From: Somniosus microcephalus | Taxonomy: Eukaryota | Length of the DNA: 64,000 bases | Direction of reading: 5' to 3' | Assembly (NCBI GenBank): GCA_052327205.1 | Contig: CM126204.1 | Location: 302,250,001-302,314,000, forward strand | Shown: piece after piece, positions 24,413 through 36,857 of the stretch | How positions within the stretch are numbered: the first letter of the stretch is position 1 | Layout: each line of letters begins with the position of its first letter | Notes under the pieces: generated by a model | What the model saw: only the letters and a program-made list of their open reading frames with translations | Told to the model about the DNA's origin: nothing | Databases searched by the model: none | Translations under genes and position numbers: made by a program

Positions 24413-25173
24413 GGCCCAGAAATTCGGGTCGGGGGCTTCCCGCGGGTGCAAGCCCCTGACCTGCACTTACCTAGCGCGCCGGCCATTGAGCTGTGGGCCC
24501 GTGTGGGATTCCGGTCCTGGGCCTCCTCCAACTGCCGGCGCGCAGTGCTTGCGTATCCCAGAGGCGCAGCTAGTTCGATGCGTCCCCTGGGATCACATGG
24601 GCCATGGAGAGCCAGTGTTAGCAGGGAATGCTTCATTCATAAGTTTGACAGGAAGAGCTGTCAAACATAGAAATACTATAAGCCCCAAAACATAACTAAA
24701 ACTTCAAATAATTTTTTTTTTAATCACATTTTTAAAATAACAATAAATTACATGAAATAACTATTTTAAACAATAATTTAAATTTTTGAAAAAATTAATT
24801 ACATTTTCTAACGGGGCTAAAAATAAACTTACCTTACTTTAAAGTATTTAAAAATAATAAACCTGTGGAAAAATGTTTTAATTTTAATTAATTCACCACT
24901 TACCTTGTTAAAAGCAGGCCTTGCGCCTGCTTTTTAAAAGTGTAACTGCTGGAGACTTACCCTCAAGGAGAAACCTGCAAAAAAAACGTAAGTTCGATGC
25001 GCACGCGCTGCCTCTCCGGCACACGCGTTCCACCTGTCAACCCTTTCTTTCAGGGGAACGGAAGTGTCGGATTCCCGTGCATGCGCAGTGCATGCATGAA
25101 ACCGGCACTTCCATTGGTCCTACGGGTGAGTACCCCGTGCGTACTCACCCGTGGAGACCCGAATTTCTGGGCC
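24413..25173. mobile_element. Harbinger-type MITE, copy 2
   Basis: Perfect TIRs GGCCCAGAAATTCGGGTC and GACCCGAATTTCTGGGCC. Same family and orientation as 16222-16973. Confidence 0.9.
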
Positions 25174-25233
25174 AATACTACAAAATGAGAACCGATCCTT
25201 ACTTGGTCCAGCCTCGAAACCTGCTTCACCTTA

Positions 25234-25698
25234 GGGTACGGTAGCATAGTTGCTATCTTACTAGACTACTAATCCAGAGGGCTGGACTTATGATCCAGAG
25301 ACATGAGTTCAAATCCCACCGGGGCAGCTGGGGAATTTAAATTAAGATAATTAAATAAATCTAGAATAAAAAGCTAGTATCAGTGATGGTGACCATGAAA
25401 CTACCAGATTGTCATTAAAATCCCATCTGGTTCACTGATATCCTTCAGGGAAATCCTAGCCAGTCTGGCCTAAATGTGACCCCAGACCCACAGCAATGTG
25501 GTTGACTCTTAACTGCCCTCTGAAATGGCCAAGCAAGCCATTCAGTTGTATCAAACCGTTAGGAAAAACAATAAGCCTTCACCTCATGACTGCCGCGGTT
25601 CAGGAAGGCAGCTCACAACCACCTTCTCAAGGGCAATTAGGGATGGGCAATAAATGCTGGCCATGCCAGCAACATCCACAGCCAATGAATGAATAATA
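25234..25698 (+). mobile_element. tRNA-derived SINE with a LINE-derived tail
   Basis: A-box-like TAGCATAGTTG and B box GAGTTCAAATCC (25305-25316). The 3' ~110 bp matches the 3' end of the LINE at 32237-33345. Confidence 0.85.
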
Positions 25699-26304
25699 AT
25701 CTGAAGATTGCAGAGCCCCAGGAGATTGAAAGTAATATCTTGGGTCTGTGCACATTTGCCTTCCAAATGTTAACTTTTTCCTATGTATACTGTATTCCCA
25801 GAATTCTCTCAAAGTACTTCTGAAAATATACTTTTCCATTGCCTTTTTTTCTTCTCAGTAGTTGATATTTCTAATATCCAAAATAAGGGTTTAACTAAAA
25901 TAAAAAATAAAAATTTAATTACATATTTCACAAAAACATGATTAATCCAGTCTACTTGAAGGTCTCAGCCTCTCCCAAAACCCTGGGCTTGCAATTGAAC
26001 TTGGATTGTGCAGACTGAGCAATATGCAGTGCACATAATTTCCCAGGGGTACCATTCAGCCGGCCATACTGAAGAATGTTTTTTCTTTAGCTTCTAGCAG
26101 TTTCTGTTCAAAAGGTTTACAGCATTATTTGAAGAAGTCCTAGAGGACAAACGTCAAAAGTTTTACTGAGATAAAATTCAAATCAAGTATTTTTTTTAAA
26201 TACACAGAGAGGTTGTGTGTGCGTGTGAGAGTGAAAGATAAAAATGACAGGACTCTGGTTACTTACCTGTTGTAGCCTTTCTTTTGTGTGCATTACTGTA
26301 ATTC

Positions 26305-26410
26305 CAGCACGACAACAATGATGACACTTCAGAAGTACTTAATTGGCTGTAAAGCATTTTGAGATGTCCTGAGATGGTGTAAGGTGCTCTATAAATGCAC
26401 GTTTTTCTTT
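26305..26410 (+). mobile_element. Deu-SINE 3' tail fragment
   Basis: ACAACAATGATGACACTTCAGAAGTACTTAATTGGCTGTAAAGC...TATAAATGCA. Confidence 0.75.
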
Positions 26411-27959
26411 GTTTCGTTGATTAAACTTTAGAAAATGAAAGAGAAACTGGGGCAGGGGGAGTAAGCATGTCTTTCTTCAGGTGCCGTTACTTCAACTTAA
26501 TAAAAGTGGCAGTTGAATTTTGCTAATTACCTTTACCTGTGCTGTTGTTGTTGACAGTTAGTAAAGGTCAATGCTAGTGGCACTTGTGAGGCAGAGATTC
26601 TACTGTCTAACAGCTATGAGACAAAGGGATAGAGAGAAGGACACAAATCCAAACATGGCAGGCATACAGGCAGTTTCTTTCCTCATTCCGATTTGATTTC
26701 TTTAAAAGTAGTTGAATTTTGAAAGTAAACTAAACCTCTGAGGAAAACAGATAGGAAGGAAGGGTGTGATGAGAAGAAGAAATGGGGAGAGAAACTGGTT
26801 GAGGGTGAGGGGCCCACTAGAGTCTCAACACCTGCTGTTGGAGAGAGTGAGTAGGAGTGGAACAAGTGGCTTAAGGCGGGGTTGGGGGGGGAGTGAGTTA
26901 AAGAACAAAACAAAGGGGAGTGGAGAATACAGGGGTTGAGTGGGTCATTTAAATCGAGGAGGTAAGGATAGTGATGGGAGTGAGGGTGTGGTAGGAAGAG
27001 AAATGGATAGTGAGAAGGTAATATGGGACACAATGAGAATGAAGAGTTAGTGATTGGAGGAGGGAATGGGAATAGAGCCACTGTCGGCTGCATTTTCCGA
27101 ACTACCCCCTCCTTAAATGCAGCCAGCAGCTGTTGGTGGATCCTTCCCCTGCCACATTGCTTTAAACTATGCATCATCTCCCACCCCAAACAAAAGAAAA
27201 GGAAAAGACAGAGAGAGAGGCAAAATGAAGAGCTAAGGGAAGAAAAGCAGGAACGAAACGGTAGACAGAACCAGAGAAGAGAGAGAGAAAAAACAGCAAC
27301 ACAAAGACAGCAGAGTCAGGTAAGAGAGAGACCATATTGTCTGATTTACTAGGTGCAACCACAGGATATCAATATATAATACTGTATATTAAAATCTTAC
27401 TTTAGCATACATTTCCTGTCATCTTTTTCTCACTATAAAATCTGATGACCACATTTATAATTGAGACTGCCTATGTAAACATGTCACACTGTAATTACAC
27501 CCTCCCACCGGAGCTGGTACTATAGTGCCTCAGTTTGGCATCTTCCAGCTTATCAGCATGTACTGCAGAGAAGCTGTACCCTCCAATCAACTCTACTTCT
27601 CTGCTTTCCAAATTGTTGTAAGTTTTGCTAAATAAGTATACATAATATAATACTGAAGTATTATATAAAAATAAATAAAGACACAATGTATGACTTTCAA
27701 ATCACATGCAGGAATGCTTATATCCTTCAAAAGTGAATTAACCAGCAAAAGAAAGGGTGTAGATCTACCATCCTTGGCATAAGTAAAATACACTAACCAG
27801 GAGCAAAAAATGACAACATTAAATACTGTATTCTGACAGAAATGATAGACAAAGTATGACTCTGCCTTATTACCAGCTGCAGCAACAATTAGAGAATGGA
27901 ACTCAGTCAGGGAGACTTCACACTATGAGAGTCAAGGCTTACTATGCAAAGATGACAAA

Positions 27960-28799
27960 GGTGATTTTCATTCAGAAGTCGGGAAGGAGGCGGGACTACA
28001 AATTTCGGGGCTGTAGTCCCGCCTCCATCGAGATGCGGCCAACCCACGCGATTTTAACTTGATTGACCTTGTTGAGCCCACCCAGCGGGCTCAGCAGGCC
28101 AATTAAGGGCCACCCGGCAACAGGTGATGTCACAGACTGAAATTTCATCTGTCAAGATGTTTTGACAGATGAAATATCAGTGTTTCACAGCTGTTTGAAG
28201 CTGTCAAACACTGACAGTCTTACTTCTAACCTGAGTCCTTCTACACAGACTCAGTTAGAAATCTCACCAGCACAGAAAGCTGCAGGCTGTCACTTTTGAC
28301 AGTTTGCAGCCATTCTGCTTTCTGTGCCGGTTAGATGATGGACTCTTGAAACCTAGAGGAAGGAAGGCTGAAAAGGTAAGTACAGGTCATTTAAATTTCT
28401 TTAATCACTTTAGACACACCAAACACACTTACCTTTGCACTCATGCACCCATCACTCACCTGAACACTGACAACTCGACCCCTCCAAGTCCTTCAACCCG
28501 ACGGCCTGACTCCTCTAACTTGGCGTGGTTTGGAGCCGTCGGGAATCCCACACTTCAAGCTTTAAAATAGGGATTAGGCTAAAAACTGCCTGTTAACTAC
28601 CTGTTAACAAGCAGTTAATTGGCACTAATCCCTTCCCGCCTCGGGTAGGCGGGTTCCAGTGCGGGGTGGGTACCCGCCTCCTTTGAAACTTACATGGAGG
28701 CGGGTTGGGGGCGGGATGGTGTCGGGACCCCCGAATTCGGGACTTTAACCCCCCGCATGCCTCCAATCCCGACTCTACAGGTCAATGAAAATCGACCCC
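27960..28799. mobile_element. Hairpin-rich MITE (probably Harbinger-type) in the RTE endonuclease
   Basis: Left end GGTGATTTTCATTCAGAAGTCGGGAAGGAGGC versus right end (reverse complement) GGGGTCGATTTTCATTGACCTGTAGAGTCGGGATTGGAGGC. The RTE frame rejoins across it. Confidence 0.7.
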
Positions 28800-29412
28800 A
28801 TAATGATTGCACCTACAGGAGGAAATGAAGAAGAGGAAATGGCATATTTTATGTTACAAGGCACCATGAATAATCTTCCAAAACATCATGTAATAGGAAT
28901 GATATGAAAATGACAACTGGAAAGAATACTTGAAAGAAATATGACCAATAATATTCAAGGTTTAGATACAATTAATGAAGCTGGGGAGCATTTTGCCCAG
29001 TCCCATGCCATGCACAAACCTAGTGACAGGAGGTACACTTTATGCACATAAAATGATATGGGAATCCCAAGGTAGTATCACCAAGAAACTGATTGGTTAC
29101 ATTGCAGTAAACAGGGGATGGGAAAAAGCTATGATCAATGTTAGAGGATACAGGGATGCAGATATTGGAAGTGGCCACTGTGTAATAATACTGAAAGTAA
29201 AATATGGTGCATGCAAGCAGAAATAGCAAAATAGGTGGCAATTTGCTAATGAGAGACCCAGAATTGAGTAGTAGTTTTGTTGTGGGAATAAAATACCACT
29301 TTTAAGTACTGGGAATGTTGATGGCCTATAAGCATGCTTTGTCAAACAAACAAATAAGCTGAGAGATCTATTCACTGCAGAAAATGGAAAGAAGAAAAAT
29401 GGATCACTGGCA

Positions 29413-31246
29413 ACAACAATTTGCATTTATATAGCACCTTTAACGTAGGAAAATGTCCCAAGGCACTTCACAGGAGTGCAATCTGACAAAAATTGACACC
29501 GAACCAACGAAGATATTAGAATGGATGAGTATTAGGTTGGTCAAAGAGGTAGGTTTTACAAAGAGTCTTAAAGGAGGAGAGAAAAGTGGCAATCCGGAGA
29601 GATTTAAGGAGAGAATTCTAGAAATTAAGACACAGCCACCAATGGTGGGGTGAAGAAAGTGGGGGATGCACAAGAAGCCAAAGTTGGAGGAATGCAGAAC
29701 ATTTGAAGGGTATCAGGGCTGGAGGAGGTTACAGAGATAGGAAGGAGTGAGGTCATGGAGGGATTTCAACACAAGGATGAGAATTTTAAAATCAAGGCAT
29801 TAATGGCCAATGTACGTCAACAAGCACAGGGTTGATGGATGTCGGTTAGGATATGGGCAGCAGAATTGTGGATGAGCTCAAGTTTATGGAGGATGGAAGA
29901 TGAGAGGCTGGCCAGGAAAACATTGGAATAGTTGAGTCTAGCGATATCAAAAGCATGGATGAGGGTTTCAGCAGCAGATATGCTGAGGTAGGGGCAGAGA
30001 CAGGTAATGTTATGGAGGTGGAAGTAATTGGTCTTTGTAATGGAGAGAATATGGGGTCGGAAGCTCAGTTCAGCGTCAAATAGGACACCAAGGTTTTGAA
30101 TAGTCTGGTTCAGCCTGAGACTGTGGCCAGGGAGGGGGATGGAATTGGTGGCAAGGGAACGGAGTTTGTGGCGAAGACCAAAGACAATGGCTTTGTTCTT
30201 CCCAATGTTTAATTGGAGGAAATTGTGGCTCATCAATGACTGGATGTTGGATAAGCAGTCTGACAACATAGAGGCGGTAGAGGGGGTCAAGAGAGTTGGT
30301 GGTGAGATAGAGCTGGGTGCCGTAAGCGTACATGTGGAACCTGACTTCATGTCTTCGGATGATGTTGCCAAGGGACAGAATATAGATAAGAAATAGGAGG
30401 GGGCTAAGGATAGAGCCTTGGAATACTCTGGAAGTAATGGTGCGGGGGCAGGAATAGAAGCCATTTTAGGAGATTCTTTGGCAATGGCTGGATTGGTAAG
30501 AGTGAAACCAGGCAAGGGCAGTCCCACTCAGCTGGGCAATGTTGGGGTGTTGGAGAAGGATGGTGTGTTCAACCGTGGCAAAGGCTGCAGAGAGGTCTGC
30601 AGAGAGATAGTTCACTACAGTCACAGTCACAAAGGATGTCATTTGTGACTATGATTAGGGTCATTTCGTGCTGTGGCAGAGGCAGAAACCTGATTGGAGG
30701 GGTTCAAACATGGAGTTGCAGGAAAGATGAGCACAGATTTGAGAGGCGACAACACGTTCAATAACATTAGAGAGGAAAGGGAGGTTGGAGATGTGGTGGT
30801 AGCTTGCAAGGACAGAGGGGACAAGGGTGGGTTTTTTGAGGAGGGAGGTGATGGTGGCAGGTTTGAAAGGGAGGGGGATAGTACCTGATGAGAGGGCACC
30901 ATTTACAATATCAGCTAGCATGGGGGCCAGGAAGGAAAGTTGGGTGGTCAGCAGTTTTGTGGAAATAGGGGTGATAAAGAAGGAGGTGAGTCTCATGGAG
31001 AAGATGAACTTGGAGAGGGTATGAGGGAAGATAGGAGAGAAACTAGAGAAAGATGTGCGTTCAGTGCTCAGCACAGAAGAACCTAGGGGGAAGCTTGGCT
31101 TGGTAGGCTTGGGGAAGGGAGAGATGCAGCAGAAATAGCGGAATGGATGGTCTCAATCTTAATGGCAAAGAAATCCATGAACTTGTCGCACTTGTTGTTG
31201 GAGGTGAGGGTGGATGGGGCAGGAGAAAAGGGTTTAAGGTCCTGAA
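29413..31246 (-). mobile_element. 5'-truncated L2 LINE
   Basis: LLKKPTL..SNLPFLS..ERVVASQ..PLQSGF and NFLQLNIGK motifs. Tail ...AAAGGTGCTATATAAATGCAAATTGTTG. TGGCA TSD at 29408-29412 and 31247-31251. Confidence 0.88.
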
Positions 31247-32236
31247 TGGCAGAACATGGAAGCAGGTAAAAGAAAGAAAGAAATTAAAGATGGAACCTGA
31301 ATGATGGCAGGATCCATAAAGAATGGAAAAGATACATAGGAAAAAGAATAAGGCAGTTAAAGGTAGTACAAGAAATGTCAAAATAAACTGGATATACAGT
31401 AGAAGTGGAACCATCAGCAGAGAGAGAGAAATCAAGACTGTATGCAAAATAACAAAGCTTCTTTCGGCCAAGAAAGACAAAGGGGGAGAAATTCGGTATC
31501 GCCCCGTCTTCTGGTAAAAGTAAGAATGGATTGGCTTTAATTTCAGAAGAAGCAAGATCTAATGATGGGTCAACCGCCTTCAAAAAGTTCTGAACTGATG
31601 TGGACCACAAGAAAACAATTCCAGAAAGACCACAGACAGAACTTGAGGCAAAAAACTTAGGGTTGTATTCATTTTTTGTTGTGTTGGAAAAAAAGATCAA
31701 GTGCACGTATTTCATCAGAAATGCTATTGGTTCCAGTTTACTGAATTTAAGTGATATGCCCGAGTGTATTAACTAAGTCTCTGACATACTGACTTTTCAC
31801 AGGTGGTCATCAGTACTCCAACCCCACATGGTAACATATTGGAAAGGTTTTGCTCTATATTCAGATTTGGATTTGGTTGAGTTAGAGACACTGCAGTTTA
31901 ATTTTGTAAATAGCATATCAGGTTTAAGAGAAGTACATCAACATAAAGGGATGACTTCTATTATTCATAAGGAAACAAAATTGGGCATCATCATTTTACT
32001 GATTGTATAAAATATTGAAAGAAATGGAGGAGGGTGGATATTATTTGCACCCAGAATATTTATCCCGATGGTATATTTGCCTTGTATGAATATTTACCAT
32101 CATGATAGAGAATGCATAAAAGAAACAATCTTTTCATTGTATTTATTTAAATTATTGATGCTGCAGTTACTGGAAATGGAAGTGATGTCAATTCATCCTT
32201 TCAAACTGGAAAGGAACGAGTCTTAAAGAAATTTGG

Positions 32237-33345
32237 TTTTTTTTATTATTTGTTTATGGGATGTGGGCGTCGCTGGCAAAGCCAGCATTTATTGCCCACA
32301 CCTAATTGCCCTTGAGAAGGTGGTGGTGAGCCACCTTCTTGAACCACTGCAGTCCATGTGGTGAAGGTACTCCCACAGTGCTGTTAGGTAGGGAGTTCCA
32401 GGATTTTGACCCAGCGATGATGAAGGATCAGTGATATACTTCTAAGTCAGGATGGTGTGTGACTTGGAGGAGAACTTGGAGGTGGTGGTGTTCCCATGTG
32501 CCTGCTGCCCTTGTCCTTCTAGGTGGAAGAGGTCATGGGTTTGGGAGGTGCTGCCAAAGAAGCCTTGGTGAGTTGCTGCAGTGCATCTTGTAGATGGTAC
32601 ACAATGCAGCCACGGTACGCCGGTGGTGGAGGGAGTGAATGTTTAAGGTGGTGGATGAGGTGCCAATCAAACGGGCTGCTTTGTCCTGGATGGTATCGAA
32701 CTTCTTGAGTGTTGTTGGAGCTGCACTCATCCAGGCAAGTTGAGATATTCCATCACACTCCTTACTTGTGTCTTGTAGATGGTAGAAAGACTTTGGGGAG
32801 TCAGTTAGTGAGACACTCACCGCAGAATACCTAGCCTCTGACCTGCTCTTGTTGCCACAATATTTATGTGGCTGGTCCAGTTAAGTTTCTGGTCAATGGT
32901 GACCCCCAGGATGTTGATGATGGGGGATTCGGCAATGGTAATGCCATTGAAAATCATGGGGCAGTGGTTAAACTCTTGCTTGTTGGAGATAGCCATTGCC
33001 TCGCACTTCTGTGGCGCGAATGTTAATTGCCACTTATCAGCCCAAGCCTGAACGTCGTCCAGGTCCTGTTGCATGCGGGCATGGACGGCTTCAATACCTG
33101 AGGATTTGTGAATGACACTGAACACTGTGCAGTCATCAATGAACATCCCCATTTCTGACCTTATGTTGGAGGGAAGGTCATTGATGAAGCAGCTGAAGAT
33201 GGTTGGGCCTAGGACACTGCCCTGAGGAACTCCTGCAGCAATGTCCTGGGGCTGTGATGATTGACCTTCAATCACCACAATCATCTTCCTTTGTGCTAGG
33301 TATGACTCCAGCCAGTGGAGAGTTTTCCCTCCAATTCCCATTGAT
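32237..33345 (-). mobile_element. 5'-truncated CR1-group LINE (RT C-terminus plus 3' UTR)
   Basis: GVPQGSVLGPTIFSCFINDL..FIDD..QDLDDVQAWADKW. A-rich tail. Confidence 0.88.
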
Positions 33346-33684
33346 GTTGCTAGGTATCATGCATTCCTGAGGGAGGCATTTAACACATTTTCCAGGATCC
33401 ACAATGGGGCTACAATAAGGATTTGGGGGTAGAATTTTAACCCAACAGATGATGACACATCCTCAAGCTTAAGACACACCAACTATGAAGCACAGTAACT
33501 TCTGAATAAATACAAGGTTATGAATATATACATATCACACCCCTCATCCTTAGTAGACTGACTCTATGATGGGAGGTATGGGTGAGGCCATACCAACATA
33601 CTGTGCCACCAATTGGTAGCATGTGGGTTTGCGGTAGCAATCCCTTTGCCGTGTAACTCTGCGGAAGCACCAAACAGATGATGC

Positions 33685-33766
33685 ATGACCTAGGGATGTC
33701 CCAAAGCGCTTTATAACCAATGATGAAGTACTTTTGAAATGTAGTCACTGTTGTAATGTAGGAAAC
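33685..33766 (-). mobile_element. Deu-SINE 3' tail fragment
   Basis: The - strand reads GTTTCCTACATTACAACAGTGACTACATTTCAAAAGTACTTC...AAAGCGCTTTGGGAC. Confidence 0.8.
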
Positions 33767-34453
33767 TACATTGATTGTCATAAAAAGTTGGAGCAAATCA
33801 CTTTTGAGATGATAAAAGGAAAGAAATTACAAGCATATTTTGAAAAATTAGATTGGTTTCTAGTAATTAGCATGACAACAGGCCTCACTATTAAACTAGC
33901 ACTAATCAAGCTTCGATACATCGCAGTCTCTATTTTCCCATTTTTTTTCCTACAAAGCCACCTTCAATACCTGAGGACATACGTGGACAAAAACTGCTGA
34001 GTTCTCTATACCCAAGGATTCATTGTCCTTGTTTTCCATCCCTTGTATCTCCATTGCAAGTCATGTGTCTGTGCTAGTCTATGTATCACATGCTTTACAT
34101 AACCACAAAGGCTGAAGTGAATGACTCAATTGCTCTGCTACCGGACATTTTTTTCCATCAATAATTTTCTCTAAACAAAGTTCTGTTTGATTGCTAGAGT
34201 GCACTGCTTAATTTGGCCTAAAAAGTTGTGCAATTTGCTTTCCAGAGATATTTTTGCAAAATCAACAACTTAAGATAAACAGCTGATGATAAATAAGTTA
34301 AACAGAACGTCAGTTTTTCGTATCTGTCATAAAGGCCAGGATATATTTCCTTTTTGTTGGTTGCATTTATCCCAAACCATATGTCCCATGAGCCTATCTG
34401 TTTTCCAGATGGCTGTTCACTGTAGCGGAGATAGTTCACAGCAGTGTTAAGAG

Positions 34454-34468
34454 AGCGCCCCCTACTGA
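34454..34468 (-). promoter_or_regulatory. CTCF-like motif
   Basis: TCAGTAGGGGGCGCT on the - strand fits the CCASYAGRKGGCRS core apart from the first base. Motif match only. Confidence 0.55.
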
Positions 34469-36604
34469 CTGCCTTGAAATAAACAGCAATCGTACATACT
34501 TAGCTTGTTCTGTCTTCAAACGTATTTGAAATATGCTCCATCGCTCTTCCTTTTAATTATTCGTCACTAACAATAAGGAATTTCTAGTTTAATTTTTAAC
34601 AGTTATTATGTCATCAACCGCAACAGTAAAAGAAATATTCATGCTGAAAGTTTTATTTGGCTTGAAATTGACAAATAGGTGGGGTTGTGACAATCGGTTT
34701 ATGAAAAGTTTCAAATTGTTCGAGAAAAGAAAGGAAGACGCCAGCTAATTAGTATAATCTATTAATAATATGTCTTCAGTTTTGTATTTTTTTCTGGTGC
34801 GCGAATATAATATAAAGGAGGCATGTAGCTTGCACCATGCATCTTTTCCGTATCTAGCAATATTCCAGGTGGTAATATTGTAAAGGACAGTTTAATTCAG
34901 AGAAAAACAAATTAGAATTGATGCATTATCTATAAATAGCGATAAGCAGCCTTGGAACAGCGTTAGTATAAAACGCGGAGCTGTGATGCACCAGGGATTT
35001 CGTTGTACTTTTAAGAGCACAAGGACAGACTGCAAAACTTAGTTTCCTTTCTGTCATTTCCCGTTATTGATGCCTCATCTAACAATATTGATGGGACCAC
35101 TTGATGCAATATTAGAAAACCTGTTTTTTATATTTTGTGTAATTACACGAATTTATTTGCTTGAAAATGTGGAGGTTCAAATTTGTTCCAAGTGAGGGTA
35201 TAAATAAGTTAGCGTTGCTCCTCTCTACTGTAATGAGCAACAAGTGGGCACATTAAACGCTTCTATAATTATTCGTTTTCTTTCCTTTCATTACCAAAGA
35301 GTTGCTGTCGTTTTGAAAAGAGTGAGAGAATAGTGTGTCGGGGAAGGAGGAAAATGAACCAAAACTCAGATACAAAGTGTAGCGCAACAACTTACTATCG
35401 CCTGGGCTAGACAATTACAAAATACGCATTTAATTGTTGAAAAAACTATTTACTTAGAGCTGTAATCATTGACTTGGACATGGTATGATTTAAATAAACA
35501 TGATTAGATGTCGATATAGGACATTACACGATAGAACCGCAATCATCTAAATCTAATTTATGATAGGTTTTCTCTCGGTAATGCCGATTTAATATATATA
35601 CTGCTTAAATTCTAGTTTCCTGCTTTGGAGTACTTGCTGTTTATTTATTAAGCTAATTTTTCGGCCAAGTTCTAGGCTTATTTATATAAATTTCGGGTGT
35701 GTGCTCTATGTTTATTTAGATAAATGTTGTTGCATCGAATTTTTATTTAACGTTCTTGATTGCCCAGAATTAATTGTGTTAGTACAGTGTCACCGGGCTC
35801 TGCCAACTCAATTGTGTTATCAAAACATTATTTTACTAAAACAATAAACAAGACCGTACGATCGCTGAACGCCACAAGTTCGCCATTTCACTCCAGGAAT
35901 TGCAAAATTCGTGAATTCACTCAGTTCGGGACACCGGAAAATTGGTTGATTTCGTGACCATTGCGACCCCGAGATTCCTAGAACGCTTGAGCCTGAGGTG
36001 ACTGGTGGCACCAAGGGGTATAGAGACACTGCTAATTGTGATTTAGTTGGTGAAGTTCCTTTTGGTTTTGTTGGGACTTTGTTGCTTATTTTGGCAAATT
36101 TTAGTTTGATTGGATCATATGTCTGTTGATTATATTAGTGCTGCCCTTATAAGGGCACTTTTTGTGCTGGTTCTTGTTAGGTTGCACTGGGGCAACTTAG
36201 TGTCACTCTTATTGGTCCATCAAAGTAGGCCCGATATTCCTACGTGTATCGTAAACAGCTTTGCTGTGAACACCTTTATAATTGAAAGTGTTTTGGGTGG
36301 GGGTTCAGATCCTGACATACTGACGTCAATTTAAAAAACGAGAGGGCTCCTCTTCAAACAAATATGTACCCTGAGGGGAGTTGCCGAGGAATGCCAGGGG
36401 AACCTTTGGTAGTGTGCCATGTAACTTTCGGTTCACCAAAATGCAGGCAGGCAATGCCATCGTTTCTGTAAAGTGAGACCACACTCGGTCTGTATGCTCC
36501 AATGTAATCATCCCATGGCTGCATGTCGTCTATCTGTGCATTTCGTTGTTGTCAGTGTCCGGCAAAATTCAACTGAGCTAAAGTTTACCTTATCAACAGA
36601 AGTA

Positions 36605-36712
36605 AAAGAAAAGATTGCATTTATATAGCGCCTATAACGACCTGATGACGTTTCAAAGCGCTTTACAGCCAATGAAGTACTTTTGAAGTGTAGTCACTGT
36701 TGTAATGTAGGA
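36605..36712 (-). mobile_element. Deu-SINE 3' tail fragment
   Basis: TCCTACATTACAACAGTGACTACACTTC...GGCGCTATATAAATGCAATCTTTT on the - strand. Confidence 0.85.
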
Positions 36713-36857
36713 TCCAGATCTTAACCCATCGCCAAAGTATTGTGTTAAAGTGCCCCCACCATCATAATCGTTCCCTATTGTTAACACAATCATGCTAACA
36801 GTAACGAAGTATTGTTATATAATAAAGTGAATGGAAGGCAAACTCCAACGTTGATTC

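Larger units (their letters stand above)
27890..32200 (+). mobile_element. Ancient RTE LINE interrupted by a MITE and an L2; boundaries approximate
   Basis: Rejoined coding reads KMTIMIAPT..NEEEE, NLVTGGTLYAHK..W..VRGYRDADIGSGH (APE endonuclease), EEKWITGRTWKQVKERK and NKAVKGSTR..KITKLLS. Confidence 0.7.

Noticed and set aside
25234-25325. tRNA gene
   Set aside because: The A and B boxes belong to a SINE head; there is no intact cloverleaf.
26683-27362. ORFs of 62-168 aa
   Set aside because: Low-complexity purine/pyrimidine tract with no recognisable domain.
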